Sequence record: CAXNAB020002484.1
DNA length: 32,000 nt
Strand: one strand, 5' to 3'
Below, one piece after another: positions 10,169 through 21,290 of this stretch. Position numbers and translations under genes: made by a program. The notes beneath the pieces are model-generated. The model searched no databases. It was not told the DNA's origin and saw nothing but the letters and a program-made list of their open reading frames with translations. The first letter of the stretch is position 1; the number at the start of each line of letters is the position of its first letter.

Positions 10169-10864
10169 TTAAACTTTTAAAGAATTTTGTTGACCTAAAC
10201 AAATACTATCTGATATATTTTTGATAATATATTTTATTGATCTTATTGAGTCATCATTACCTGGTATCGGTATAGTTGCTAGATTAGGATCACAATTAGT
10301 ATCAATAATTGATATAATAGGAATATTTAAAGATAGAGCTTCTTGAATAGCAATAATTTCGCGTTTTTGATCAATTATGACTAAAATATCTGGAATTTTT
10401 TTCATTCCTTTAACTCCATTAAAATATTTTTTTAATTTTTCTAATTCTTTTTTTAAATTTGAAGCTTCTTTTTTAGGTAAATTTTTAAAAGAAGTTAATT
10501 TTTCTTGTTCTTCTAGATTATTCAACCGCTGAATTCTACCTTTTATAGTTATCCAATTTGTTAATGTACCTCCTAACCAACGGTGGTTAATATAAAATGC
10601 TCCGCATTTTTGTGCTTCACTTGCAATTAAAGAAGAAGCGTGTTTTTTTGTTCCCACAAATAAAAACGTCTGATTTTTTGCTGATGCTTTTTTACTAAAA
10701 TCACAAGCTCTTTTTAAAAATTCTGTTGTTTGAATTAAATCTAAAATATGAATACCATTACGTTCTGCATAAATATAAGGAAACATCTTTGGATTCCATC
10801 GTTGAGCTTTATGTCCAAAGTGCACTCCTGCTTCTAGAAGTTGAGCCAATTCAATTTTAGCCAT
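10169..10864 (-). CDS. rps2: Ribosomal protein S2
   Basis: [19 protein letters not shown]..., FVGTKK and IDTNCDP motifs. Confidence 0.95.
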   Translation of the reverse strand: MAKIELAQLLEAGVHFGHKAQRWNPKMFPYIYAERNGIHILDLIQTTEFLKRACDFSKKASAKNQTFLFVGTKKHASSLIASEAQKCGAFYINHRWLGGTLTNWITIKGRIQRLNNLEEQEKLTSFKNLPKKEASNLKKELEKLKKYFNGVKGMKKIPDILVIIDQKREIIAIQEALSLNIPIISIIDTNCDPNLATIPIPGNDDSIRSIKYIIKNISDSICLGQQNSLKV

Positions 10865-10996
10865 ATAAATAATAATATTTTTGATTTTTGTAGTTAGATT
10901 ATAGTACTTTAAAATTTAGTATTTTTAATAAATTAATAAATAAGAATTCTTTTTTATTATTATAATCTTTAAGAATCAGTATAATAAACTTTTAAA

Positions 10997-11042
10997 ATTT
11001 GAATATAATCACTAAGATAGATATTAGTGATTATATTCAAAT
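10997..11042 (-). terminator. 19-bp perfect stem (8-nt loop) covering the rpoC2 stop codon and last codons
   Basis: 10997..11015 pairs with 11024..11042. The rpoC2 stop is 11024..11026, and the codons for FEYNH lie in the arm. Confidence 0.75.
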
Positions 11043-14000
11043 CTTATTCGCGTTCTTAATTTATTTTTTTTTAACTTTAATTGTTTTTTTAAACTTAAAT
11101 TATTTTGTCCAGTTATTAATTTTTCTGGTAATAAAACTTTATTAAAAGTAATATCTTGATCAAGATAAAAACCAGTACCGGCTGGAATTAATCGACCAGT
11201 TATAGCATTTTCTTTTAATCCTCTCAACCAATCTGTTTTACCTTGAAGTGCTGCATGAGTTAAAACTCTTGTTGTTTCTTGAAAACTTGCTGCTGCTAAG
11301 AATCCATCAGTTTTTAAAGAGGATTTTGTAATACCTAATAAAATTGGGCGGAAACCTAATTTATAACCATTTTGAATAGAAAAATTAATATATTGTGCTT
11401 GATTTAAATCTATAATATCACCTGGTAAGAAATTAGTTTTTCCTGGGTATTCTATATAAACTTTATGGGTCATTTCTCTAACAATTAACTCGATATGTTT
11501 GGCTGAAATTATTACCCCTTGAGATGTATAAATTGCTTGAACAGACATTAATAATAATATTTGTAATTTTTTAATACTACGATAAGCGGCTTCATAAATA
11601 GAGAGTGTTCCTAGTGAATAAAAATAGCGAAAATAAATATAAAGAAGAGTATGTGGATTTAAAGGTCCTTCTGTAATAGGTTGTCCTACAGATATAGACT
11701 CATATTTTTTAACTAATAATCTTTCAGGACGAGAAGTAGTAAAATACTCATAACTAATAGTAGGTTTTGTAACAATTATAATTAATTCTTCATTATACTT
11801 AATAGATTTAATGAAACCTTGTCGTGTTGAAAGTAAAGCTTCGGTTTTAGGTCTACGAGCTTCTAAGATATCAGCAATTTTTGGTAATCCTTGAACAATA
11901 TCGCCAGTTTTTAATCGTTGGTATATTAATTGGCCAAAATTTTCTTGTTTTTTAATATAATCGCCAGGGATTTTTCGAATTAAAGCACCTTTAGAAAAAA
12001 AATAAGGGTCACCTAGATGTAAAAGAATTTTATTTCCCTTAATACTTTTTAGTAATCCCGAATTTTTAATACAAACATTATTCGGAAATAAATTATTTAT
12101 ATGGATTAATTGATTATTTTTATAATCATGAGTAAAACTATCTAAAAAAATTTCTTGATAATCTGATTTAGTTGTTAATAGTATATTAGCTTTTATAGTA
12201 TTACGTTTTGTTTTAATATTAGAAACAAAATTACTAAAAGGGATTATAGTATCAAATGATGCTACAATAGCATAAGGATCAATAAATTGTTTATCCTCTA
12301 CAATTAAATTTAGATTGATATTACTATTCTTTATTTCATTAGGAATTATAGTGTCAAAAATAAAATTTTGGGAATAAAGTAAATTGAATTGGATATAAGA
12401 ATTCTTTTCCTTTATTTTTCTAAATTCAAACATTATTTCTTTATCGTTTAAATGTAAAAAAGAATCGATTGTAATATTAGAATCTAAAAATTGTATTGGT
12501 TCATCAATTTTAACCTGCTGGCCTGACAAAATATATAAATTAAAATTATTAATTTTTAATTTAATATCATTAAATGGGTTTGGTTTCAAAATTTTGTTAG
12601 ATGTTTCATTAGTAAACTCGTATCTAGTAACAGGACGAATAAATAAATAGAGTTGATTATTACTATTAATAATTTCTAAATAACTCAATACTTTGATTTC
12701 AAATTTATTTAATACTAATTCCCCAGGAAAATAAACTTGTTCATTAATGTGTAAAAAAGAATTTATATTTTCTTTTAACAAATATCTTTCCCCAGGTTTA
12801 ATAGTAATATATTTAATTTGTCTTTCTAATTCAAAATCAATAAAACCTTTTATATTAGTAAAATAATTCGGAAAAATTTCTTGATGTCTTGTTACATAAC
12901 TATCTTTTTTAAATTTAAAATCTTTTTTTTTTATATTTGTTTGAATTGTAGATTCAGGGATATATAAAATTGTTGATCCAAACTTCAACCTATGAATTAA
13001 GTTTTTAACTTTTTTATCATCTAACACATTTGATTTATAAGAATTAGATATATAAAAATAACCACCAGTTTTTGTTTTATATTTATTATTTTTTAAAAGT
13101 CCTAAAGAAAACAATTGGTTTTTAAATAATTCTGGTTTTAAAGTTATTTCATGATTATGAGATAAATAAACTTTACAATTAATAACTTCTAAATTGTTGG
13201 TTTCAAGAAAAATCTTAAAATTATTTTGGCTTTGAAAAGAATTTTGAACTTTTAGGCTAATTATTTCTTGAGTCAATGTATTCCGGCAGAAATGAATAAA
13301 ACCTCCCATAGTTGTAATAATTTTAGATTGTGCTAAAGCTTGATTTTTATAAATTTTTTCTAATTTTCGAATTTTTATGCTAGTGTTAAAAGAGATACTA
13401 AATACTTTGCCTGACAAGACCCAAAAAATATAATTTTTTTTGCTACGTCGTGTAAAATCCTCATTACTAAAAGCTCCCGGAAAACCATTTTCTTCACGAA
13501 TAATTTCTCCTCCCCGTTTTGCACAAACATATTTTATTTCTTTTTGAGATAAATTTATGTCTTTTATTTTAGGTGCAGCTTCAAATAAAACTTGGTTCTG
13601 TTTGATGTAGTTGTGATTATTTACAAGAATTAAAGTTCGTGATTCAACTTTAATATTAATTACTTTATTTGCATAATTTATAATTGTTAACCAAGATTGA
13701 TTTTCACTCATAACAACATCTTGTCCATAATTGGTACGATAAGGAATTACTTTTAACGTTGGTAAAAAATGTATATACCCAGAACATTCTGCACGTCCTT
13801 GACGAGTTAATTCACCTGTAAAAACTCCTCCGGTATGAAAAGTTCTCATTGTTAATTGAGTTCCAGGTTCACCAATTGATTGAGCAGCAATCAGTCCAAC
13901 TGTTTCTCCTAATTCAACAAGATTTCCGGAGGCTAAATTCCATCCATAACAATGCTGACAAACGGCTCTACGACATTCGCAAGTTAATGGAGATCTAATT

Positions 14001-14875
14001 AATATTTTTGCAATTTTAAGATTAACTATTTGTTTTGTTAAAGAAGAGGTTACTTGTTGATTTCTAAAAGCAAGTAATTCTTTTGTTCCAGGCTTAGATA
14101 TTGAAGTAGCTAAAATACGTCCATTAATAAGTTCTTTAACTGATAAAAATTCTTTCTTATCAGATTCAATATCTTCTTGTAATAGAATACCGCGTTTTGT
14201 TTTACAATCAAGTTCGCTAATTATAATACTTTGTGCAACTTCTACAAGTCGTCTAGTTAAATAACCTGAATCTGCAGTTTTTATAGCAGTATCAACTAAC
14301 CCTTTTCGAGCTCCATAAGAAGAAATAATATAATCAGTGATTGATAAACCTTCACGAAAATTTGCTGTAATAGCTCTATCTATAATTTGTCCGTTTGGAT
14401 CTGACATTAAACCTCTCATACCAACTAATTGACGAACTTGTGAAATATTACCACGTGCTCCTGAAAAAGCCATAATATAAACAGAATTTAAAGGATCAGT
14501 TTTTTTAAAAAAATCAATTAATCTTTCTTTTAAATCTTCACTAGTATTATTCCAAATATAAATAATTTTTTGAAATCTTTCTACTTCCGTAATTTCTCCA
14601 TTATTAGCCTTAGATTCAGTTATAAAAACATCTTGAGTTGCATTCTTCATTAAAGTAGTTTTTACGGGTGGAATTCGTAAATCTTCTATACTTATTGAAA
14701 TACCAGACTTTGTCGCATATTCAAAACCTAACCCCTTTAATTGATCAACAAAATAAGCTGCTTTTCGTTGACCATAATTATTAAATGCCCATTCAATAAT
14801 TTTTTTTAACTCTTTTTTGTTAATAATATTATTGGAAAATATTTTTGAATTTGACGACATTATCTTTTTTCTCAT
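11024..14875 (-). CDS. rpoC2: RNA polymerase beta'' subunit (C-terminal half of split beta'), with the large trigger-loop insertion typical of cyanobacteria/plastids
   Basis: Conserved blocks AFSGARGN, SIGEPGTQLTMRTFHTGGVF, GDIVQGLPKIADILEAR and FQETTRVLT. An alternative ATG 5 codons downstream is possible. Confidence 0.95.
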   Translation of the reverse strand: MRKKIMSSNSKIFSNNIINKKELKKIIEWAFNNYGQRKAAYFVDQLKGLGFEYATKSGISISIEDLRIPPVKTTLMKNATQDVFITESKANNGEITEVERFQKIIYIWNNTSEDLKERLIDFFKKTDPLNSVYIMAFSGARGNISQVRQLVGMRGLMSDPNGQIIDRAITANFREGLSITDYIISSYGARKGLVDTAIKTADSGYLTRRLVEVAQSIIISELDCKTKRGILLQEDIESDKKEFLSVKELINGRILATSISKPGTKELLAFRNQQVTSSLTKQIVNLKIAKILIRSPLTCECRRAVCQHCYGWNLASGNLVELGETVGLIAAQSIGEPGTQLTMRTFHTGGVFTGELTRQGRAECSGYIHFLPTLKVIPYRTNYGQDVVMSENQSWLTIINYANKVINIKVESRTLILVNNHNYIKQNQVLFEAAPKIKDINLSQKEIKYVCAKRGGEIIREENGFPGAFSNEDFTRRSKKNYIFWVLSGKVFSISFNTSIKIRKLEKIYKNQALAQSKIITTMGGFIHFCRNTLTQEIISLKVQNSFQSQNNFKIFLETNNLEVINCKVYLSHNHEITLKPELFKNQLFSLGLLKNNKYKTKTGGYFYISNSYKSNVLDDKKVKNLIHRLKFGSTILYIPESTIQTNIKKKDFKFKKDSYVTRHQEIFPNYFTNIKGFIDFELERQIKYITIKPGERYLLKENINSFLHINEQVYFPGELVLNKFEIKVLSYLEIINSNNQLYLFIRPVTRYEFTNETSNKILKPNPFNDIKLKINNFNLYILSGQQVKIDEPIQFLDSNITIDSFLHLNDKEIMFEFRKIKEKNSYIQFNLLYSQNFIFDTIIPNEIKNSNINLNLIVEDKQFIDPYAIVASFDTIIPFSNFVSNIKTKRNTIKANILLTTKSDYQEIFLDSFTHDYKNNQLIHINNLFPNNVCIKNSGLLKSIKGNKILLHLGDPYFFSKGALIRKIPGDYIKKQENFGQLIYQRLKTGDIVQGLPKIADILEARRPKTEALLSTRQGFIKSIKYNEELIIIVTKPTISYEYFTTSRPERLLVKKYESISVGQPITEGPLNPHTLLYIYFRYFYSLGTLSIYEAAYRSIKKLQILLLMSVQAIYTSQGVIISAKHIELIVREMTHKVYIEYPGKTNFLPGDIIDLNQAQYINFSIQNGYKLGFRPILLGITKSSLKTDGFLAAASFQETTRVLTHAALQGKTDWLRGLKENAITGRLIPAGTGFYLDQDITFNKVLLPEKLITGQNNLSLKKQLKLKKNKLRTRIRFEYNH

Positions 14876-14883
14876 AGTTAATA

Positions 14884-16722
14884 TTAGTTGTTTAATATAT
14901 CATTAAGGCATTGATTAAAAATAATCCGACCAGGTGTAGTACGAATATACTGAACTAAGAGTTTACCTTGTGATGTTTCTTTACGTTGTAAATTATTATA
15001 AACATGAATATTTATATCATTACCGAGAGCAATAGTTTTAAAAAATTTCAATTTATTATCCAAGAAAATCTGATTACCATTAAAACATCGAACCCAAATA
15101 GTAGAATGTATTTGTAATTGTTTCTGTTGATATGCAGATAGTACTTCATGAAAATTTGAAAAATAATTATTTGCACCTTTTAAACCTATTCTATTTTGAG
15201 CAGTTAAATAATAAAAACCCAGAACCATATCTTGTGAGGGCTGAATATTTGGCTCCCCAGTGGATGGAGATAAAAAATTATTAGGAGCTAAAAGGCATAA
15301 TCGTGTTTCTAATTGAGATTCAAAAGATAATGGAATATGCACTGCCATTTGATCACCATCAAAATCTGCATTAAATGCTGGACAAACAAGAGGATGCAGT
15401 TGAATTGCTCGACCGTTAACCAATATAGGATCAAAAGCTTGCACTCCTAATCGATGCAAAGTTGGAGCTCGATTTAAAATAACTGGATGTTTACTTAAAA
15501 TTTCTTTTGTTAGATACCAAATGAATGATTGATTACTATAAATAATTTTTTTAGCCTTTTTTATTGAATGACATAATCCCTGGGAAAGTAATCTATAAAT
15601 AATAAATGGTAAGAATAATTCAATAGCCATCTCATAAGGTAAACCACATTGGTTTAAATGGAGTTCAGGACCTACAATAATCACTGATCGACCTGAGTAA
15701 TCTACTCGTTTACCCAATAAATTTTGTCTAAAGCGACCTTGTTTACCTTCAATAATATCAGCTAATGATTTTAATGGTCTTCGATTTGTATCTACGACTT
15801 TTGAACCTCGTTTCCCATTATCGATAAGGGTATCTACAGATTCTTGAATCATTCGTTTTTCAGTCATTATAACAATACTTGGTGCATGTACCGATAATAA
15901 TCTTTTTAATCGCTTGTTTCTAATAATAATTTTTCGATAGAGTTCGTTTAGATCTGAAGTTGCAAATCTTCCATTATCTAATTGTACCATAGGACGAATT
16001 CCAGGAGGAAGAACAGGAAGAAAATTTAAAATCATCCACTCTGGTCTTGTATTAGTAGTTAAAAAATTTTCAAATATCCGAATTCTTTTAATTGCTGCTT
16101 CAACTACTTTTGTAACATTAGAACAAAACATTATATTACGGTTGATTTCAATTTCTACTTTTAAGTCAATTCTTTTCAACTTATTATATAAAATTTCAGT
16201 GCCTTGAGGTTTTTTACCATAAACAAATCCTGGACCTTGATTATCGTAAAAAAAATCTTCATATTTCAATATGTTGTGCTCTTTCTGAGGTTCTTTACCA
16301 CTATAAACAATAGCTTCAATTTGATTTATAGACGAATCTAAAACTACAGATAAGAAGCTTGGTGAGCCTTTTAAATACCAAATATGTACAACAGGTGTTA
16401 ATAATTTAATATATCCCATTCGATGACGACGAACCCGAGATTCCGTTAATTCAACACCACAAATTTCACAAATGGTAATTTCTTCATCTTTATGCTTATA
16501 ACGACCACAAGAACATTCCCAATTTTTAACAGGTCCAAAGATTTTTTCACAAAATAGACCACCTTTTTCCGGTTTATGAGTTCTATAATTAATTGTCTCA
16601 GGTTCAGTAACTTCTCCAATTATCTCACCTGTAGGTAATACTTTTTCTGACCATTCTTTAATTCGTTTAGGAGAAGCTAAATTTATTCGTAAATATTCAA
16701 ATTGTTCTTTTACATTTTTCAT
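14884..16722 (-). CDS. rpoC1: RNA polymerase beta' subunit, N-terminal half (gamma)
   Basis: Zn-finger CSCGRYK...CEICGVE, catalytic NADFDGDQMAVH, and RAPTLHRLGVQAF. Confidence 0.97.
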   Translation of the reverse strand: MKNVKEQFEYLRINLASPKRIKEWSEKVLPTGEIIGEVTEPETINYRTHKPEKGGLFCEKIFGPVKNWECSCGRYKHKDEEITICEICGVELTESRVRRHRMGYIKLLTPVVHIWYLKGSPSFLSVVLDSSINQIEAIVYSGKEPQKEHNILKYEDFFYDNQGPGFVYGKKPQGTEILYNKLKRIDLKVEIEINRNIMFCSNVTKVVEAAIKRIRIFENFLTTNTRPEWMILNFLPVLPPGIRPMVQLDNGRFATSDLNELYRKIIIRNKRLKRLLSVHAPSIVIMTEKRMIQESVDTLIDNGKRGSKVVDTNRRPLKSLADIIEGKQGRFRQNLLGKRVDYSGRSVIIVGPELHLNQCGLPYEMAIELFLPFIIYRLLSQGLCHSIKKAKKIIYSNQSFIWYLTKEILSKHPVILNRAPTLHRLGVQAFDPILVNGRAIQLHPLVCPAFNADFDGDQMAVHIPLSFESQLETRLCLLAPNNFLSPSTGEPNIQPSQDMVLGFYYLTAQNRIGLKGANNYFSNFHEVLSAYQQKQLQIHSTIWVRCFNGNQIFLDNKLKFFKTIALGNDINIHVYNNLQRKETSQGKLLVQYIRTTPGRIIFNQCLNDILNN

Positions 16723-16763
16723 TTTCAGCTTAAATTTTTCTTTTTTTTATCACTAATTTATTT

Positions 16764-19700
16764 TTATAATAATTTTGATTTAATAAGATTAATAAGAGTT
16801 AATAAATTAACTTTAGAAGACTTTATTTCTTCATTATTAGATTTACGAAGTTGATGAGTTGTAATATCTAAACCTAAAGCATTTAATTCTCTTAGTAAAA
16901 CTTTAAAAGATTCCGGAACACCAGGTTCCGGTATTGGTCTACCATTAATAATCGCATTAAAAACTTCATGACGACCATTAATATCATCAGATTTTATGGT
17001 TAATAATTCTTGAAGAGTATAAGCTACACCAAAAGCTTCTAATGCCCAAACCTCCATTTCTCCAAATCTTTGTCCTCCATGTTTTGATTTTCCTCCTAAT
17101 GGTTGTTGAGTAATTAAAGAGTATGACCCGGTGGAACGTGCATGCATTTTTTTATCAACTAAATGAATTAATTTCAGAATATAAGGTTTTCCGACTAAAA
17201 CAGGATTATTAAATAGTTCTCCCGTTCTCCCATCTATTAATGGAACTTTACCTGGAGAAGATTCATTAAAGAGCCAAGTTTTATTAGTTTTATCAGCCGC
17301 TTTTTTTAATGTCTTATTTATTAAAATACGTGAAGCATTTGACCGATACATTTCATCAAAAGGTAAGACTTTAAATCTCTGATTTAAGTAATCACCAGCA
17401 AAACCTAAAAGACATTCAAAAATTTGACCTACATTCATTCTTGAAGGTACTCCTAATGGATTTAAAATAACATCTATAATAGTACCATCAGGTAAAAAAG
17501 GCATATCACATGTTGGAATTAATTTTGATATAACACCTTTATTTCCATGGCGTCCTGAAAGTTTATCCCCAATTTTAATTTTTTTTGTTTGAGCTATTGA
17601 GATACAGACCCATTCATAAACACCAGACTCTAAATGATCACCTTTATCTCGAGACGCAGTTTGAACTTCTATAACTCGACCTGAAATACCATTTGGTACT
17701 CTTAAAGAAGTATCTTCTGGTTCTGGAGATTTAATATTAAAGATAGCTCTCAATAATTTACTTTCTGGGAGTTCTTCTTCTTCTATTATCGGAGTAATTT
17801 TTCCAACTAGAATATCACTGCTTTTTACAAATGTTCCTTTCTTAATTATGCCATTTTTATCTAAATTAGAAATTGCTTTAGCTTCAATACTTGGTATTGC
17901 AGTTGTTATTTCTTCTATATTAGTATTATTATCCATTAATTGAAGTTCATATCTTTCTATATGAATAGAAGTAAAAAGATCATTATGTATTAATTTTTCA
18001 CTTACTAAAATAGCGTCCTCATAATTATAACCTTCCCAGGGCATATAAGCAACCATTAAATTTTGGCCTAATGCTAATTCTCCTCCATCTGTTCCGGGAC
18101 CATCAGCAATAATTTGACCGGGTTTAACTATTTCCCCAGCCCAAATTAAAGGTTTTTGATTAATTATTGTTTCTTGATTTGAACGACGACATTTATCTAA
18201 AAAATAAACTTTTGAATGTCCAACGTTTTCATTATCTAAAATTATAATTCGATCTGACGAGGCAGAATTGACAGTCCCATTTAATAAATTAATAATTACT
18301 ACTTGTGAATCACTTGCAATCTGATGTTCAATTCCTGTACCAATAATAGGCTTTTTTGGATATAATAAAGGAACAGCTTGTCTCTGCATATTTGATCCCA
18401 TTAAAGCACGGTTAGCATCATCGTGTTCTAAAAAAGGTATTAAAGAAGCACCAGCTGCAATAATTTGTATAGGAGAAACAGCTATAAAATCAACAGTATT
18501 TGATTCAACGACTATAAATTCATTATAAAAACGTACAGGAACATATTGAGTTTCAAAAAAATAGTCTTTTGTTAATAAAACATCTGCTGATGCTACTCTA
18601 TATATATTTTCTTTTTCTGCAGTTAAATAAATTGGTGTAGAGTCTTTTAAAACTTTTCCCTTATATACTCGAAAAAAGGGCGTTGTAATAAATCCATATT
18701 GATTAATTTTGGCATGGGTTGCTAAAGAAGAAATTAAACCGGCTCTTTGACCTTCTGGTGTTTCAATTGGACATAAACGTCCATACTGCGTAGGATGTAT
18801 ATCTCTTGCTGCAAAACTAACATGTTCACTATTTAAACCGCCAGGACCTAGTGAACTAATTCTACGTTTATGAGTTAGTTGTGCTAAAGCATTTATTTCA
18901 TCAAAATATTGTGATAAAGGACTTAAACCAAAAAATTCTCTAATAGTAGAAGTCAAAACTTTTGATGTTATTAACGAGCTAGGCATTAAAGTATTTTCGG
19001 TATAATTTTCTTCTGTTTGAATTTTATTGGTAGATTTACTTTGTTTTGATAAAATATTCTTTCTTATATTTTTAACTCTAAACATATCTGAGGTTAATTT
19101 TTCACTAGTGGTTATATTTTTTTTTAATCTATTAAGTGCTACGCGTATTTGAAGTTGTAGAAGTTCACCAACGCAGCGTACTCTGCGATTTTCTAAATTA
19201 TCTATATCATCAAGTTTATCATTATAAAAACTAATAGAAATTAACTTATCAATAGTTTTTAAAACATCTAATGGAGTTAAAATTCTTATATTAAGTGGTA
19301 AATTAATTCCCAATTTTTTATTAAGCTTAATACGACCGACTTCTCCAAGATCATAAAAATTTTTATTCAAAATCCTATCGTTTATAAGTTCCCGAACACG
19401 GAAAATAACTATCAAAATACTCTTATTATAACTTTCAAAATTAGCCTTCTGAAACATTTTTTCATAAACAACAGAATTAAGAGACTGTACACTTTTTCGA
19501 AGAAATTCATAATTATGAACTGTTTGATAAATTTCATCTTCTTCTAAGAAAAATCCAACTAAAAACCAATTTATAGGTATTTTATATTGTTTATCAATCT
19601 TGACCCAAATTAAATTATATTCTAATTCAAAAGTTAACCACGACCCATGTTTCGAAATAATTGTTCCTTCATAAAAAACTTTCTTTTCTTTTTGAAGCCG

Positions 19701-20144
19701 TCTATAGTATAATCCTGGACTTCGTATTATTTGACTGACAATAACTCTTTCACATCCATTAAATATAAATGTACCTTTTTCAGTCATCAAAGGAATTTCA
19801 CCAAAAAATACTCTTTCTTTAAAAGAAAAGTCTTCCGGTTGTAGTGTACCATTTTTTATAACTTCTCTTTTTTTTAAGGACATCAAAACATAAATTCGCA
19901 AGTTAAAATTTCCCTTCTTTTGTAAAGCATTTAAAATATTAAAATTAGGGTAGTGTATTTTATATTCTTGACCATAAATTATTAATTCGATACCACTTTT
20001 TTTATTTAATATAGAAGGATAATCGGTAAACTCTTCGGGTATACCCTCAGTTAAAAACCAGCAAAAGCTTAATCTTTGAACTTCTGATAAATCTGGAAGA
20101 ACAAGAGGAAACTTTTGCTTTATATTTTCCAATTTATTTTTCAT
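16764..20144 (-). CDS. rpoB: RNA polymerase beta subunit
   Basis: GRHGNKGVISK, QRFGEMEVWALEAFG, NMQRQAVP and similar motifs; 1126 aa. Confidence 0.97.
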   Translation of the reverse strand: MKNKLENIKQKFPLVLPDLSEVQRLSFCWFLTEGIPEEFTDYPSILNKKSGIELIIYGQEYKIHYPNFNILNALQKKGNFNLRIYVLMSLKKREVIKNGTLQPEDFSFKERVFFGEIPLMTEKGTFIFNGCERVIVSQIIRSPGLYYRRLQKEKKVFYEGTIISKHGSWLTFELEYNLIWVKIDKQYKIPINWFLVGFFLEEDEIYQTVHNYEFLRKSVQSLNSVVYEKMFQKANFESYNKSILIVIFRVRELINDRILNKNFYDLGEVGRIKLNKKLGINLPLNIRILTPLDVLKTIDKLISISFYNDKLDDIDNLENRRVRCVGELLQLQIRVALNRLKKNITTSEKLTSDMFRVKNIRKNILSKQSKSTNKIQTEENYTENTLMPSSLITSKVLTSTIREFFGLSPLSQYFDEINALAQLTHKRRISSLGPGGLNSEHVSFAARDIHPTQYGRLCPIETPEGQRAGLISSLATHAKINQYGFITTPFFRVYKGKVLKDSTPIYLTAEKENIYRVASADVLLTKDYFFETQYVPVRFYNEFIVVESNTVDFIAVSPIQIIAAGASLIPFLEHDDANRALMGSNMQRQAVPLLYPKKPIIGTGIEHQIASDSQVVIINLLNGTVNSASSDRIIILDNENVGHSKVYFLDKCRRSNQETIINQKPLIWAGEIVKPGQIIADGPGTDGGELALGQNLMVAYMPWEGYNYEDAILVSEKLIHNDLFTSIHIERYELQLMDNNTNIEEITTAIPSIEAKAISNLDKNGIIKKGTFVKSSDILVGKITPIIEEEELPESKLLRAIFNIKSPEPEDTSLRVPNGISGRVIEVQTASRDKGDHLESGVYEWVCISIAQTKKIKIGDKLSGRHGNKGVISKLIPTCDMPFLPDGTIIDVILNPLGVPSRMNVGQIFECLLGFAGDYLNQRFKVLPFDEMYRSNASRILINKTLKKAADKTNKTWLFNESSPGKVPLIDGRTGELFNNPVLVGKPYILKLIHLVDKKMHARSTGSYSLITQQPLGGKSKHGGQRFGEMEVWALEAFGVAYTLQELLTIKSDDINGRHEVFNAIINGRPIPEPGVPESFKVLLRELNALGLDITTHQLRKSNNEEIKSSKVNLLTLINLIKSKLL

Positions 20145-20192
20145 TCTAATTTTAATATTTTTAAGTTTTTTATCTATTAGCTATATAATTAT

Positions 20193-20483
20193 CTATAGAG
20201 TATGAAACATCGAAAATTTTTTATATAGATTTGATTTTTTTCTAGCTGCAGTATTTTTATGGATAATTTTCTTTTTTACTGCCTTATCAATTTGACTTAT
20301 AGATAAAGTAAGATACTCTTTAAATATTATTTTATTATTCTCTGTAAGATCTTTACTATAACTTTCAGCTGCAATTAAAAATTTTTTTTTATAAGTTTTT
20401 ATTAAAGACTTATATGAATTATTTTGAATATTATTTCTTTTATTTATCTTTATACGTTTTTTAGCTGATTTATTATTGGCCAT
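20193..20483 (-). CDS. rps20: Ribosomal protein S20
   Basis: MANNKSAKKRIKINKRNNIQN... is the typical S20 N-terminus; 96 aa, very basic. Confidence 0.88.
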   Translation of the reverse strand: MANNKSAKKRIKINKRNNIQNNSYKSLIKTYKKKFLIAAESYSKDLTENNKIIFKEYLTLSISQIDKAVKKKIIHKNTAARKKSNLYKKFSMFHTL

Positions 20484-20586
20484 TTTAACCCACTACCCCT
20501 AAAAATAAAATAATAACTATATTATATATTAATATTTTATTTTTAAGCAACTACTATTATTTTTAATACGTTATCTGGATATAGTA

Positions 20587-20674
20587 AGGAGAGAGTCGGA
20601 TTCGAACCCACGGAACGCATAAACGTTCATCTGATTTCAAATCAGACGCAATCGACCATCTCTGCCATCTCTCC
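20587..20674 (-). tRNA. trnS: tRNA-Ser (UGA), long variable arm
   Basis: The reverse complement GGAGAGATGGCAGAG...CTGATTTGAAATCAG... has anticodon TGA. Acceptor GGAGAGA/TCTCTCC. T arm GTGGG-TTCGAAT-CCGAC has a G-G mismatch at 51:63. Confidence 0.85.
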
Positions 20675-20688
20675 AGTTTTTTAAATTC

Positions 20689-20749
20689 AAATTCAAACTG
20701 ATTTTATTAATTATATTACTTAATATAATAATAAAATCAGTTTGAATTT
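20689..20749 (-). terminator. 21-bp perfect stem (19-nt loop), 8 nt downstream of the psaD stop
   Basis: aaattcaaactgattttatta (20689..20709) is the exact reverse complement of 20729..20749. Confidence 0.75.
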
Positions 20750-20757
20750 AAAATAAT

Positions 20758-21156
20758 TTATTTCCATTTAATAGAAGCAGGATTTGGATTTTTTCCAATA
20801 GAAAAATCTCTTTTTCCAACAGGAGTTCTACCCTCGTTCGAAGTTTCTGGAAACACACCATCCTTTGGATGTAAAAATTGTATCTCTCCACCTGGAAAAA
20901 TTCGATAAATTTTATAATCTTTTATTTGTAGTTTTCTTAATTGAGTTCCTAAAGCTAAGCATTGTTCTTTACGCGCTAAATATAGAAGATTTTGTCCTAA
21001 AAGCATTAATGCAGTTCCTGCAGTGGGCATTTCAAAAAGTTGTTCTTTTTCAGAATTCCAAGTAATTACATATTTTTCTTCAAATTCTGCAGAACGTAAC
21101 CAGCCACCAGTACTACCACCAAAAATCGGCATATATTTACTAGGATAAATTGACAT
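20758..21156 (-). CDS. psaD: Photosystem I subunit II (PsaD)
   Basis: [31 protein letters not shown] and [24 protein letters not shown] are conserved PsaD blocks. Confidence 0.95.
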   Translation of the reverse strand: MSIYPSKYMPIFGGSTGGWLRSAEFEEKYVITWNSEKEQLFEMPTAGTALMLLGQNLLYLARKEQCLALGTQLRKLQIKDYKIYRIFPGGEIQFLHPKDGVFPETSNEGRTPVGKRDFSIGKNPNPASIKWK

Positions 21157-21216
21157 TATCTAAATAATTATAAATTCTATTTTTAAAAATTTAATAAGTT
21201 TATAAATATATTCTTC

Positions 21217-21290
21217 TAGCGGAGGCCGGATTTGAACCTGCGACTTCCGGGTTATGAGCCCAACGAGCTACCAAACTGCTCTACTCCGCA
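21217..21290 (-). tRNA. trnM: tRNA-Met (CAU), probably the initiator
   Basis: The reverse complement TGCGGAGTAGAGCAGTTTGGTAGCTCGTTGGGCTCATAACCCGGAAGTCGCAGGTTCAAATCCGGCCTCCGCTA has three consecutive G-C pairs closing the anticodon stem (GGG/CCC) and an unpaired 1:72 (U-U), both initiator hallmarks. T-stem pair 51:63 is A-G. Confidence 0.8.

Noticed and set aside
11906-13807. An approximately 630-aa Asn/Ile/Lys-rich block in the middle of rpoC2 that looks like a foreign insertion
   Set aside because: It sits exactly between the trigger-loop halves (after HTGGVFTGE, before GDIVQGLPKIADILEAR). That is the position of the known lineage-specific SI3 insertion of cyanobacterial and plastid beta'. 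It is fast-evolving but not novel or mobile.
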